From Polyangiales bacterium (GTDB lineage Bacteria > Myxococcota_A > Polyangia > Polyangiales > Polyangiaceae): a DNA stretch of 24,383 nt. The notes under the pieces were generated by a model that was not told the DNA's origin, did not search any database, and saw only the letters and a list, made by a program, of their open reading frames with translations. The DNA is taken from positions 1 to 24,383 of the forward strand of contig JBBRNJ010000109.1 of the NCBI GenBank assembly GCA_038230375.1. Reading direction: 5' to 3'. Positions 8,640 through 17,155 of the stretch are shown one piece after another. Both the position numbers and the translations under genes were made by a program. The number at the start of each line of letters is the position of its first letter. The stretch's first letter is position 1.

Positions 8640-9155
8640 TCAGCGCCGGCGGCCGCCGGGGTGGGGCGGGGCGGAGTGCGGCTCGCGCGTGTTGTCGGCC
8701 GGCAGATACAGGTCGATGACGAAGACCAGATCCGCGTTCGACGGGACGCTGGGCGCGCGCCCCGCATCGGCAAACGCCAGCGCCGCAGGGATCGCGACCT
8801 TGCGCTGGCCGCCGGGTCGCATCCCGACGAGCGCGCGATCGAAGCCACACACGGTCCGCTGACTGCCGACCACAAGCTCCACGGGAAGCCCGCTGTCGCG
8901 CGATGCGTGGACCGTCTCGCCCGTTGCGAGCATGGCGACGTAGTGGACGCGGACCGTCTCGCCGTCTTGCACGGGAAGCCCGGTGCCGGCGACCAGCTCC
9001 TCGATGCGCAGCGCGGAACCGATGCCGTCGGGAGGACACTCGCGTCCTTCGAGCCACGGATCGCCGTTGCGTGCATTCACCGCGCGCGTCTGTCTCGGAA
9101 ACTCCGTTGGCGCGCATGCTGCGCAGAGGAGAACGGCCAGGAGCCAGCGGCGCAT
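8640..9155 (-). CDS. FKBP-type peptidyl-prolyl isomerase domain lipoprotein
   Basis: ATG 9155, MRRWLLAVLLCAAC lipobox; GTG…VRVHY…GFDRALVGMRPGGQRKVAIP…LAF…VPSNADLVFVIDL. Its stop codon abuts the stop of the convergent lectin gene (TGATCA). Confidence 0.88.
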   Translation of the reverse strand: MRRWLLAVLLCAACAPTEFPRQTRAVNARNGDPWLEGRECPPDGIGSALRIEELVAGTGLPVQDGETVRVHYVAMLATGETVHASRDSGLPVELVVGSQRTVCGFDRALVGMRPGGQRKVAIPAALAFADAGRAPSVPSNADLVFVIDLYLPADNTREPHSAPPHPGGRRR

Positions 9156-9344
9156 CCACGCACCGTACTCGATCGGGAGCCCCCCGCGCACGCCGGTTCC
9201 AGCGTCGTCGGGGTCCCGTTCCCGCCCGGGAATTACCGCCCTACGCGCGGTTTCCAGGTACGCGGGCAAACTCTCGCACCCGCACGCACCGAAATGCGTG
9301 CGTGACCTTGTGCGAAGCCGAAGATCAGGGATGCTTCGCGCGCC

Positions 9345-10097
9345 GTGAACCAAATCCACTCCGCATCCCTGGCGCATGACGAGCTCTCGATCGACGTCGA
9401 CGTGACGGACGCGCCGCCACCGCGGCACCGCCCCGACGACACCTGGCAGGCCCTTGGCCGTGCGATCGGTGACGCGCGCGCGGACGAGATCGTGCGTGCG
9501 AGTGAACGCAAGGTCCTCGTCGCGCCATACATCGCAGCGCCGCCAGCGCGCCACGTGCCGACCCGCACCACGCCGCCAAGCACGCGCGTGCCCGAGAGCC
9601 TGTACCCCGTGGAGCTTCCGTCGCGCGAGCCGCAGGCGTTGATGAGCGCGCAGCACCCGGCCTTTCAGTGGAAGGACACCGCGGACGCCTCGCTCTCGTT
9701 GCAGGTCCCCGTTCGCAAGCCGCGCGCGCTCCGGACTGCCCGCATGGTCGTCGCGGGCGTCACCGCCGTCGGTGCCGTCGTATGCGTTCTCGCGTTGGTG
9801 ATGTCGCGGCTCGGCACGGATGACACCGCGCCCTCCAATGCAGTCGCTGCATCTCAGCCCCCGCCCGAAGCGCAGACCGCGCTGCCCGAGCAGCAAGCAC
9901 CGCGGAACGATGAGGTCGCGCGCGACGTCACGGCCATGAACACGCAGTCCACGTCATGGACGAAGAACGTGATGGGCAGCACTGCAGCCCCGAGCAGCGG
10001 CACGACCGCTGGCGCCGACCATCCCGGCGTGTCCGTGGACTCGCTCCCGCTTGCGGGTTCGAGGCCGTCGCCGCGCAAGCCCACGAAAAAGCGCTGA
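9345..10097 (+). CDS. Hypothetical single-pass membrane protein
   Basis: GTG start; one TM helix (VVAGVTAVGAVVCVLALVM); low-complexity flanks; C-terminal VSVDSLP plus basic tail. Confidence 0.6.
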   Translation: MNQIHSASLAHDELSIDVDVTDAPPPRHRPDDTWQALGRAIGDARADEIVRASERKVLVAPYIAAPPARHVPTRTTPPSTRVPESLYPVELPSREPQALMSAQHPAFQWKDTADASLSLQVPVRKPRALRTARMVVAGVTAVGAVVCVLALVMSRLGTDDTAPSNAVAASQPPPEAQTALPEQQAPRNDEVARDVTAMNTQSTSWTKNVMGSTAAPSSGTTAGADHPGVSVDSLPLAGSRPSPRKPTKKR

Positions 10098-10132
10098 CCG
10101 ACGCTCGCGCAGCCAGGCTAAAGTCGGGCTGC

Positions 10133-11419
10133 ATGGCCACGATCCGGAACTTCGGGAACAACGTCGTCTTCGAGCCTGCGCATGTTGCGTCGCCGAGGAG
10201 CGCCGAGGAGCTCGTGGCGATCATGAAGGGCGCTCGCAAGGTGCGCGTGATGGGCGCGCGGCACTCGTGGTCGGAGGCGATCGTCACCGACGATACGCTG
10301 GTTTCGCTCGACGAAATGCGGCAGCTCGTCGAGCTAGACAAGGAGAAGCGGGTTGCGCGCGTCCAGGCCGGCATGAAGCTGTTCGAGCTGATCGCGGCGC
10401 TCGAGGCGGAGGGCATGGCGCTCGAGAACCTGGGGTCGATAAGCGAGCAGTCCATTGCCGGCGCGATCGCCACCGGCACGCACGGCACGGGGATCGAATT
10501 CCAGTGCCTCGCCTCGCAGGTGGAGAGCCTTCGTCTGATCGATGGTGAGGGCAACGATCGCCGCTACGACAAGGGCGAGCCGGACTTCGACGCGGTCGTG
10601 GTTGGCCTGGGCTCGTTCGGTGTGGTGTACGAGGTCACGGTCCGTGTGGTGCCGTGCTTCCAGATGCACGCCATCACGGACGTCGCACCATTCGACGACG
10701 TCCTCGCGCGACTCGACGCCTACGTGCGCGGTCACGATCACTTCAAGCTGTGGTGGCTCCCACCCGGCAACGACGTGGTGCTCTTCCAGAATCGGCGGAC
10801 CGACGAGCCGCGCAATGACAGCGACTTCCAGCGCTGGGTGAAGGACGAGCTCGTGGCGGTCGTCGTGTATCGCTCACTGCTCGCGATCGGGAAGCTCAAT
10901 CGCAAGGCGTTCATTCCGGGGATCAATCGCTTTCTCACGAAGACCGTGAGTGCTCGGTTCGAGCGCATCTGCAAGAGCCACGTGGGCTTCCTCACACCGG
11001 TGCCGCCCGTGCATCGCGAGGGCGAGTGGGCGTTCGATTACGCGAACGCGCCGCGTATCCTGGCCGCGTACCGCAAGATGCTCCTCGAGAGCGGGCACAC
11101 GTTCAACTTCATCCAGGAGATCCGCTTCACGAAGGCGGACCCGTTCTGGCTCAGCCCCGGCTACGGGCGCGACTCGATGTGGCTGTCGCTCTACAACGTG
11201 GACACGGACGAGCGCTGGAACCAGCAGCTCGCGCTCGTGGACGCGTTCGCGAAGGAGCACGGCGGGCGGCCACACTGGGGCAAGGAGGCGCACTTCGATG
11301 CAGCGTTCCTGCGCGCCCAGTATCCGAAGCTCGCTGACGCGCGCGCCTTGATGTGTGCGCACGATCCCGAAGGCAAGCTCACGAACCCCTGGATTTCAAG
11401 GCTGTTCGGTGAGTCGTGA
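10133..11419 (+). CDS. FAD-linked oxidoreductase, aldonolactone oxidase (D-arabinono-1,4-lactone/L-gulonolactone oxidase) family
   Basis: GARHSWS (His position for covalent FAD in the VAO family), NLGSISEQSIAGAIATGTHGTG, EIRF, GGRPHWGK, DPEG; start placed at ATG 10133. Confidence 0.92.
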   Translation: MATIRNFGNNVVFEPAHVASPRSAEELVAIMKGARKVRVMGARHSWSEAIVTDDTLVSLDEMRQLVELDKEKRVARVQAGMKLFELIAALEAEGMALENLGSISEQSIAGAIATGTHGTGIEFQCLASQVESLRLIDGEGNDRRYDKGEPDFDAVVVGLGSFGVVYEVTVRVVPCFQMHAITDVAPFDDVLARLDAYVRGHDHFKLWWLPPGNDVVLFQNRRTDEPRNDSDFQRWVKDELVAVVVYRSLLAIGKLNRKAFIPGINRFLTKTVSARFERICKSHVGFLTPVPPVHREGEWAFDYANAPRILAAYRKMLLESGHTFNFIQEIRFTKADPFWLSPGYGRDSMWLSLYNVDTDERWNQQLALVDAFAKEHGGRPHWGKEAHFDAAFLRAQYPKLADARALMCAHDPEGKLTNPWISRLFGES

Positions 11420-11448
11420 GGCCTTGTGCGCGAGCGCCACGTCGAGGC

Positions 11449-12039
11449 TCACGGTGCGCACGCGCCCGTGCTGAACCCCGCGTCGTCCGTCGTGCTGGGC
11501 GCTGCGTGGGCGCCTGCGTCGCCGTCACAGAGCACAGCGTCGAAGTCGCCCGTGACATCGCCATCCGCGAAGACGAGCGTGAACGTGCCGCGCACATGCG
11601 AGGCGCCAGTCGCTCCGAGCTCGGTGAGGACCTGCTTGATGGTGACGCTGCCGCTCGCCGCGTTCTCCGCGACGACGGCATTGCAGCTCTGGTCCGCGGC
11701 GCGGAACGTGGCCGACGCGCCGCTGCTGCCCGCGTCGTTCTGGGTGACATCGGTGACGTTGACGGTTCCAGGCGCCACCGGCGCACCCGGGATGGCGAAC
11801 GCAATGGTGTTGGCGCCCTGCGCGTGGCTCACGCCGCAGGTGTTGCTCTTGTCGGAGATCAGGAGCGACAGCCCGCTCGCCGACGCCGTGGCGACCGCGC
11901 TCTTCGGCGTGAGGACCTTGCTCTTCACCGTGCCCGTAAGATGCGCAGTGTCAGGAGCGGACGTGGGCTCGGCAGAGCACGCCGTCATGAAGAGCAGTGC
12001 GAGTGCGAGCTCTGCGCCTGAGCGACGCGCGTTGCTCAT
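11449..12039 (-). CDS. Hypothetical lipoprotein, translationally coupled to the MFS gene
   Basis: ATG 12039 overlaps the MFS stop (ATGA); lipobox FMTAC; beta-rich SGSVTI…VRGTFTLVF…GDFDAVLC. Confidence 0.78.
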   Translation of the reverse strand: MSNARRSGAELALALLFMTACSAEPTSAPDTAHLTGTVKSKVLTPKSAVATASASGLSLLISDKSNTCGVSHAQGANTIAFAIPGAPVAPGTVNVTDVTQNDAGSSGASATFRAADQSCNAVVAENAASGSVTIKQVLTELGATGASHVRGTFTLVFADGDVTGDFDAVLCDGDAGAHAAPSTTDDAGFSTGACAP

Positions 12040-13214
12040 GCGGGTTTCCTGGGCGCGAGAACGACCAGCGCGACGGTGCCCAGGAGCGCACACGCGCCTC
12101 CCGCCACGAACGCCATCCACGGGGCCACGTTGTAGAGCATGCCGAAGAGCAGATTCGCGGGCAACACCATCACGCCGGTGACCGCGTGCATGACGCCGAA
12201 CGCGCGACCGCGTGACTCCGCAGGAACGAGCTCCGCGAGGATGGCCTTCTCGCCGCCCTCCGACAGGCCGTAGTACGCAGCGTACGCGACGAAGATGAGC
12301 CACGCCGACCACCACGACGTGAAGTAGGGGAACGAGAAGTACACGGCTGCGTAGACGAGCCACGCGGCAGTGACCGTCTTGCGATGCCCGATGCGATCCG
12401 AGAGGCGCCCACCCGGCACGTTGGTGAGTGCCTTTGCCGCGTTCAGCGTGAGCCACGCAATCGGCAACAGCGCCGCGCTCATGCCGAGCTCGCGCAGGCG
12501 GAGCAGCAAGAACGAATCGGCCGACGCACCCAGCGAGAATATGGCGAGCGCGAACAGGTAGCCGCGTGCGGCACGAGGGAGCGGCGCAGAGCCTTTTTTC
12601 GCCGCGCCGGCCTCTGCCGACACCGGCCGCTTCGGCTCCTTCATGCGCGCGAGCAACACGAGCGCCAGCACGCCGGGCACCGCCGCCATCGCGAAGACGC
12701 GGCGCTCCGTCCATCCAAGACCCGACATCATCAGGAACGCAAGCAGCGGCCCGAGGGCTGCGCCCGCGTTGTCCATGGCCCGGTGGAAACCAAACGCCGC
12801 AGCGCGCCCGTCTCCGCTCACTGCCTCTGCAAGCAGCGCGTCGCGTGGGGCCGAGCGCACGCCCTTGCCGAACCTGTCCGTCGCACGGATGGCCACCACG
12901 TGCCACGGCGCGCCGGCGAGCGCGAGCAGCGGACGCACCACGGTCGCGACGGCGTACCCGAAGAGCACCAGCGGCTTGCGCGCGCCGCGATCGGCGTATC
13001 GCCCGCTGAACCACTTCACGACGGCGCTCACCAGCTCGCTCACTCCCTCCACGAGGCCGAGCGACATCGCGCCCCCGCCGAGCGTGAGCAAGAACGCGGG
13101 GAGAAGCGGGTAGACCATGTCCCCTGCGGCGTCGGTGAAGAGCGATACCCACCCGAGCTCGACCACGACACGCGGGAAGCGGCGTACGACTGGGGTGTTC
13201 TCTTTCGTTGCCAA
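12036..13214 (-). CDS. MFS transporter
   Basis: About 12 TM helices; motif A twice (GRYADRGARK, GRLSDRIGHRK); DRFGKGVRSAPRDA; start placed at TTG 13214 (AGGA 6 nt upstream). Confidence 0.92.
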   Translation of the reverse strand: MATKENTPVVRRFPRVVVELGWVSLFTDAAGDMVYPLLPAFLLTLGGGAMSLGLVEGVSELVSAVVKWFSGRYADRGARKPLVLFGYAVATVVRPLLALAGAPWHVVAIRATDRFGKGVRSAPRDALLAEAVSGDGRAAAFGFHRAMDNAGAALGPLLAFLMMSGLGWTERRVFAMAAVPGVLALVLLARMKEPKRPVSAEAGAAKKGSAPLPRAARGYLFALAIFSLGASADSFLLLRLRELGMSAALLPIAWLTLNAAKALTNVPGGRLSDRIGHRKTVTAAWLVYAAVYFSFPYFTSWWSAWLIFVAYAAYYGLSEGGEKAILAELVPAESRGRAFGVMHAVTGVMVLPANLLFGMLYNVAPWMAFVAGGACALLGTVALVVLAPRKPA

Positions 13215-13224
13215 GAGACGTCCT

Positions 13225-13243
13225 AGCCTAGCATTGCTATGAT
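13225..13243. promoter_or_regulatory. Candidate back-to-back extended -10 elements around the palindrome TAGCATTGCTA
   Basis: The + strand has TGcTATGAT (13235-13243) and the - strand TGcTAGGCT, in the 60-bp divergent gap between the MFS and phosphoesterase genes. Confidence 0.35.
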
Positions 13244-13274
13244 CCAGGAGCGGCATCCGGGAGCCCGCGCGAAC

Positions 13275-14726
13275 ATGCAGAGCCATCGAACCGCCACCGT
13301 GACCCATGCGGCCACGCTCCTCGCCTCGCTCGCCGGCGGGTTTGCACTCGCGTTCGTGGCATGCGGAGGCAGCTCGCACAACGACACGACAACGCCCGAG
13401 GCAGACGCTGGTGGCGACGCCGCACCAGATGCCGGCCAGTGTCTACCGTGCGTCACGGACAAGGACTGCAGCGGTGGGCTCTGCGCGCAGATCGGCGGCG
13501 ACTCATTCTGCGTGAGCGGATGCCCCAGCGGCAACGAGTGCGGCGCGGGCGCGTCGTGCAACCAGGTCGTCACCGTGTTCGGCGCGCAGGTGAGCGCGTG
13601 CGTCCCCGCGAGCAACTGCGGACCGGAGGAGCCCGCGGCGGATGCGGGGCTGCCGCCGAGCGACATCTGTGGCTCGCTCTACGGCCCCAAGGAGCCCGCC
13701 AAGTGCAACTCGTGCGGCGGCAAGCCGTGTCAGCCCAACGGCTGCTACGGGGGATGGTGGTGCAACACCGCCACCAACAAGTGCCAGTCACCGCCCACAC
13801 CACCGTCGTGTCCGGGGCTGGATGGTGGAAGCGGCGGCGGCGTGGCCACGATCGACGGCGGGCCGGTGACCGGCACCGTGACCACGGCGGGCGGAACCGT
13901 GAACAGGCTATTTTTCTCGGTCGTCGGTGACACGCGGCCCGCCGTGGTGGACGACACGGCCGGCTACCCGACAGCGGTGATCAAGGGCATCTACACGGAT
14001 ATCCAGTCGCTGGTTCCGTCGCCTTCGTTCGTGGTCTCCACGGGGGACTACCAGTTCTCGTCCACGTTCAAGACGCAGGCCGCAGTGCAGCTCGATCTGT
14101 ATGTGGGCGCGCGGGCCATGTACAGCGGTCCACTCTTCCCGACCATGGGCAACCACGAGTGCACCGGCGCGACCATCAGCAACTGCGGAGCCGGCAACGC
14201 GGATGGCGAGACGAACAACTACGCCGCGTACGTCACCAAGATGCTGACACCGATCTCGCAGACGAAGCCGTACTACGAGATCGACGTGAACTCCGACGAC
14301 TCCACGTGGAGCGCGAAGTTCCTCTTCGTAGCTGCGAATGCGTGGGATGCGGACCAGGCGACGTGGCTGGAGTCCGCCATGGCAAAGACCACGACCTACA
14401 CGTTCCTGATCCGTCACGAGTCAGCGCATACGAACCCGGGCCCGCCGGGCGTGGCTGCCTCCGAGGCGATCATGGCGAACCATCCGTACACGCTGTCGCT
14501 CGTCGGGCACACGCACTCGTACAGCCACTACACGGGCTCACGCGAGATCATCATCGGCAACGGCGGCGCCCCGATCACCAGCAGCAAGAACTACGGTTTT
14601 GGGCTCCTCCAGCAACGAACGGGCGACGGTGCTATCGTCGTCGACATGCTCGATGCGCAGACGAAGCTCGCCGACCCGACCTTCCACTTCGCCGTGAACG
14701 CAGACGGGACGGCCGCCACTCCGTGA
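13275..14726 (+). CDS. Calcineurin-like metallophosphoesterase lipoprotein with two N-terminal Cys-rich modules
   Basis: Lipobox FVAC; motifs GDTR, TGDY, GNHE, IRHE, GHTH. Confidence 0.88.
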   Translation: MQSHRTATVTHAATLLASLAGGFALAFVACGGSSHNDTTTPEADAGGDAAPDAGQCLPCVTDKDCSGGLCAQIGGDSFCVSGCPSGNECGAGASCNQVVTVFGAQVSACVPASNCGPEEPAADAGLPPSDICGSLYGPKEPAKCNSCGGKPCQPNGCYGGWWCNTATNKCQSPPTPPSCPGLDGGSGGGVATIDGGPVTGTVTTAGGTVNRLFFSVVGDTRPAVVDDTAGYPTAVIKGIYTDIQSLVPSPSFVVSTGDYQFSSTFKTQAAVQLDLYVGARAMYSGPLFPTMGNHECTGATISNCGAGNADGETNNYAAYVTKMLTPISQTKPYYEIDVNSDDSTWSAKFLFVAANAWDADQATWLESAMAKTTTYTFLIRHESAHTNPGPPGVAASEAIMANHPYTLSLVGHTHSYSHYTGSREIIIGNGGAPITSSKNYGFGLLQQRTGDGAIVVDMLDAQTKLADPTFHFAVNADGTAATP

Positions 14727-15136
14727 CACTCATCGACACCCTCCTCGCAGGGGACAAGGGGAGTCACGATCGGCACTACGCAGAGGCGCTGGAGCAGGCC
14801 GTCGCGTCGTGCCTGCACGCGGCCGGCGTGTGGACATCGCCACGGCGTTCGGACGGTGTCCCCTGGTACCGCGCGGTGGAGCGCACGGAGACCCGCGTCC
14901 GCGTGTGCGGCCGCCTCTTCACCATCGGTCAGGTGGAGTACATGTTCTGGGTGGACGTCGAGCGCTCACCCGAGAACGAAAAGGACGGTCGGCTCACGCT
15001 GTGGTTCGATGCGGATGTGAGCGCCCTGTCGCCGCGCGCTGGACGCTCGGTCCTGGAGCTGATCCGGGAGCCTGCCGACATCGCGTGGAAGGTGAATGTG
15101 CCGGGGTGGATCCTTCCTGCGTCACCCGCTCGGTGA
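14723..15136 (+). CDS. Hypothetical protein
   Basis: GTG overlaps the upstream stop (GTGA); 137 aa with protein-like composition. Confidence 0.6.
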   Translation: MTLIDTLLAGDKGSHDRHYAEALEQAVASCLHAAGVWTSPRRSDGVPWYRAVERTETRVRVCGRLFTIGQVEYMFWVDVERSPENEKDGRLTLWFDADVSALSPRAGRSVLELIREPADIAWKVNVPGWILPASPAR

Positions 15137-15167
15137 CGTTGCGGCGAGCGTCCGGCCGTTGCACGCT

Positions 15168-15596
15168 ATGAACATGCAGTTGCTCGTCTCCGCACTTGCC
15201 GACACGATGTCCCTCTCGAGCCTCCTCGAGGAGCTCCGCGCCCGCGCGCCCGTGTTTGCGATCGCCGACCACTGGAAGCAAGGCGAGTTCCACCACGACA
15301 CCGTGATCCGACTCGGCGACGGTCCGGAGGAGCGCGTGTTGATCGTGGCCACGAACTGCAACGGCGGCGTGAAGGAGGTGCTCGCGTTCGGCGAGATGCC
15401 GGAGCGCTACGCCCTGTGGCGCTGGCGGTGCCCGCACGTCGCCGATTTCTCGGGCGAGCTCCCGCCGATCCTGGCGCGCGCAGTCACGTCGCACTGGTTC
15501 GATCCGTGCGCGCTTCTCGACGAGGATGCGCGAAGCGAGCTCCGGCCCGAGCACCGCGTCCGGCAAAAGGGCGGAGGCTGGGAGCCCGCCCGCTGA
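15168..15596 (+). CDS. Hypothetical protein with His/Cys motifs
   Basis: DHWKQGEFHHD, ATNCNGG, WRCP, HWFDPC; start could be 15168 or a nearby downstream ATG. Confidence 0.75.
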   Translation: MNMQLLVSALADTMSLSSLLEELRARAPVFAIADHWKQGEFHHDTVIRLGDGPEERVLIVATNCNGGVKEVLAFGEMPERYALWRWRCPHVADFSGELPPILARAVTSHWFDPCALLDEDARSELRPEHRVRQKGGGWEPAR

Positions 15597-15626
15597 TAGT
15601 GTGGGCGCCGAGGTCCCTCCGCGCCG

Positions 15627-16520
15627 ATGCTCCCTTCGACCGAGTCGCTCCGATGTTTCGTTGCTGCCGCCAAGCTCCTGAATTTCAGGGCCGCGTCACG
15701 CTCCGTGGCGCTCACGCCGGCGGCGTTCGGACAGCGCATCAAGCTGCTCGAACAGGAGGTGGGCGTTCCGCTGTTCCTGCGCACAACGCGCTCCGTCCAC
15801 CTGACGGAGGCGGGGCTCGCCATGCTGCCGAACGCGGAGAACGCGCTGCTCTTCGCCGCGCAGTGCGCGCGGGTAGGCGGTGCACGCGGGCCGCGCACTG
15901 CCATGGACATCGTGCTGGGCACACGCCACGAGCTGGGCATGTCCTGGGTGATGCCCCAGGTGAACGAGCTGTCGCGCGCGCACAACGTCCAGCTGCAGCT
16001 CTACTTCGGCAGCGGCTCCGACCTGGTGCTCCGTGTGCGCACGATGGACATCGACTGCGCCGTGACCTCCACGCGCTTCACGGACCCGAAGCTGGATGCG
16101 CTGAAGCTTCATCGCGAGGACTACGTCTTCGTCGGCGCGGCGGACCTCCTGGCAGAGCAGCCGCTCTCTCGCCCCGAGCAGGCGGAGGGCCACACGTTGA
16201 TCGACACCGACGCGAGCTTGCCGCTGTTCCACTACTTCCGGGACGCGCCTGGCGCCCGGGACGTGTTGCTGCGCTTCGGGAAGATCGCGCGCTTCGGCAC
16301 GATCGACGCCATCAAGCACCGCGTGGCTGCTGGCGCGGGCGTGGCGGTGCTGCCCGCGTACTTCTGTCAGAAGGAGCTTGCCCGCGGGACCTTCAAGAGG
16401 TTGTTTCCGAAGATCACGCCCGAGCACGACTGGTTCCGACTGGTTTTTCGCGCCGACGACGCGCGCCGCACGGTCTACGAGGCGGTCGCGACTTCCATGC
16501 TCGAGCGCCCCTTGCGTTGA
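15627..16520 (+). CDS. LysR-family transcriptional regulator
   Basis: N-terminal wHTH (NFRAASRSVALTPAAFGQRIKLLEQEVGVPLFLRTTRSVHLTEAG); 297 aa; VAAGAGVAVLP. Confidence 0.96.
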   Translation: MLPSTESLRCFVAAAKLLNFRAASRSVALTPAAFGQRIKLLEQEVGVPLFLRTTRSVHLTEAGLAMLPNAENALLFAAQCARVGGARGPRTAMDIVLGTRHELGMSWVMPQVNELSRAHNVQLQLYFGSGSDLVLRVRTMDIDCAVTSTRFTDPKLDALKLHREDYVFVGAADLLAEQPLSRPEQAEGHTLIDTDASLPLFHYFRDAPGARDVLLRFGKIARFGTIDAIKHRVAAGAGVAVLPAYFCQKELARGTFKRLFPKITPEHDWFRLVFRADDARRTVYEAVATSMLERPLR

Positions 16521-16521
16521 T

Positions 16522-16538
16522 TATGTGGATAGAACATA
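16522..16538. promoter_or_regulatory. Putative LysR-type binding site (T-N11-A dyad)
   Basis: TATGT-N7-ACATA perfect inverted repeat (T16524-N11-A16536) in an AT-rich gap; TACAAT at 16537-16542 and a second dyad ACAAT-N4-ATTGT at 16552-16565 follow. Confidence 0.6.
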
Positions 16539-16629
16539 CAATGCTGCTTCGACAATACGAATTGTGCGAACGATGGAACGCGCTACATCCCGGGAACAAC
16601 ACATCGCTTCCTCGGGAGAATCAACGCAC

Positions 16630-17145
16630 ATGACACCGCACACCCAGGCCGTTCACCTTGCCGCTCTTCGCGCCGCCGCGCGGCTCGCACTCTCTGCTGC
16701 CGTTCCCGCGTTCGTGTTCGCATGCGGCGGCGCTGAGGCACAGGAGCCGACCGGCACGGCTGGCACCACCGCAACGGACACGACCGGGCAGGGAAGCGCG
16801 GACACCTCCGAGGGCGACCTCAAGTCCAGCCTGCCCAAGGGCGTGAAGAGCTACTGCGTGGCGCACCACCCCTACGAGACCTCGGAGTCGTGCTGCAAGG
16901 CCGAGGTGGCGAGCGCGCATTTCCCGTCCGACCCGAAGTGGACCCAGAACCCGGACATGCGCGTGGACGCGGTGACCCGCGGCTGCTGCGTGGTGCTCGC
17001 GAACGCGTCGCTCAAGGCGCAGACGGTGTGGGCCGAGCGCGGCGAGTGCTGCCCGGCCATCGGCTGGAACGGCGCACCGTCTTGTACGCCATGGGGCCCG
17101 CCCGTCCCGCCGAAGATGCCCATCGCCCTGCTCGCGGTCGCCTGA
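16630..17145 (+). CDS. Cys-rich lipoprotein with C-terminal CTPWGPPVPP motif
   Basis: GGGAGA RBS before ATG 16630; lipobox VFAC; mature Cys pattern C-CC-CC-CC-C; 171 aa. Confidence 0.8.
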   Translation: MTPHTQAVHLAALRAAARLALSAAVPAFVFACGGAEAQEPTGTAGTTATDTTGQGSADTSEGDLKSSLPKGVKSYCVAHHPYETSESCCKAEVASAHFPSDPKWTQNPDMRVDAVTRGCCVVLANASLKAQTVWAERGECCPAIGWNGAPSCTPWGPPVPPKMPIALLAVA

Positions 17146-17155
17146 GGAGAATCGC

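Noticed and set aside
11420..11448. Rho-independent terminators between convergent genes (also 6441-6456)
   Set aside because: Only weak stems and no U-tracts.
8640..13379. Long N-terminal extensions in the ORF track (8640-9896, 9956-11419, 11449-13152, 12036-13379)
   Set aside because: The extensions overlap neighbouring real genes; downstream starts match signal peptides, RBSs or family lengths.
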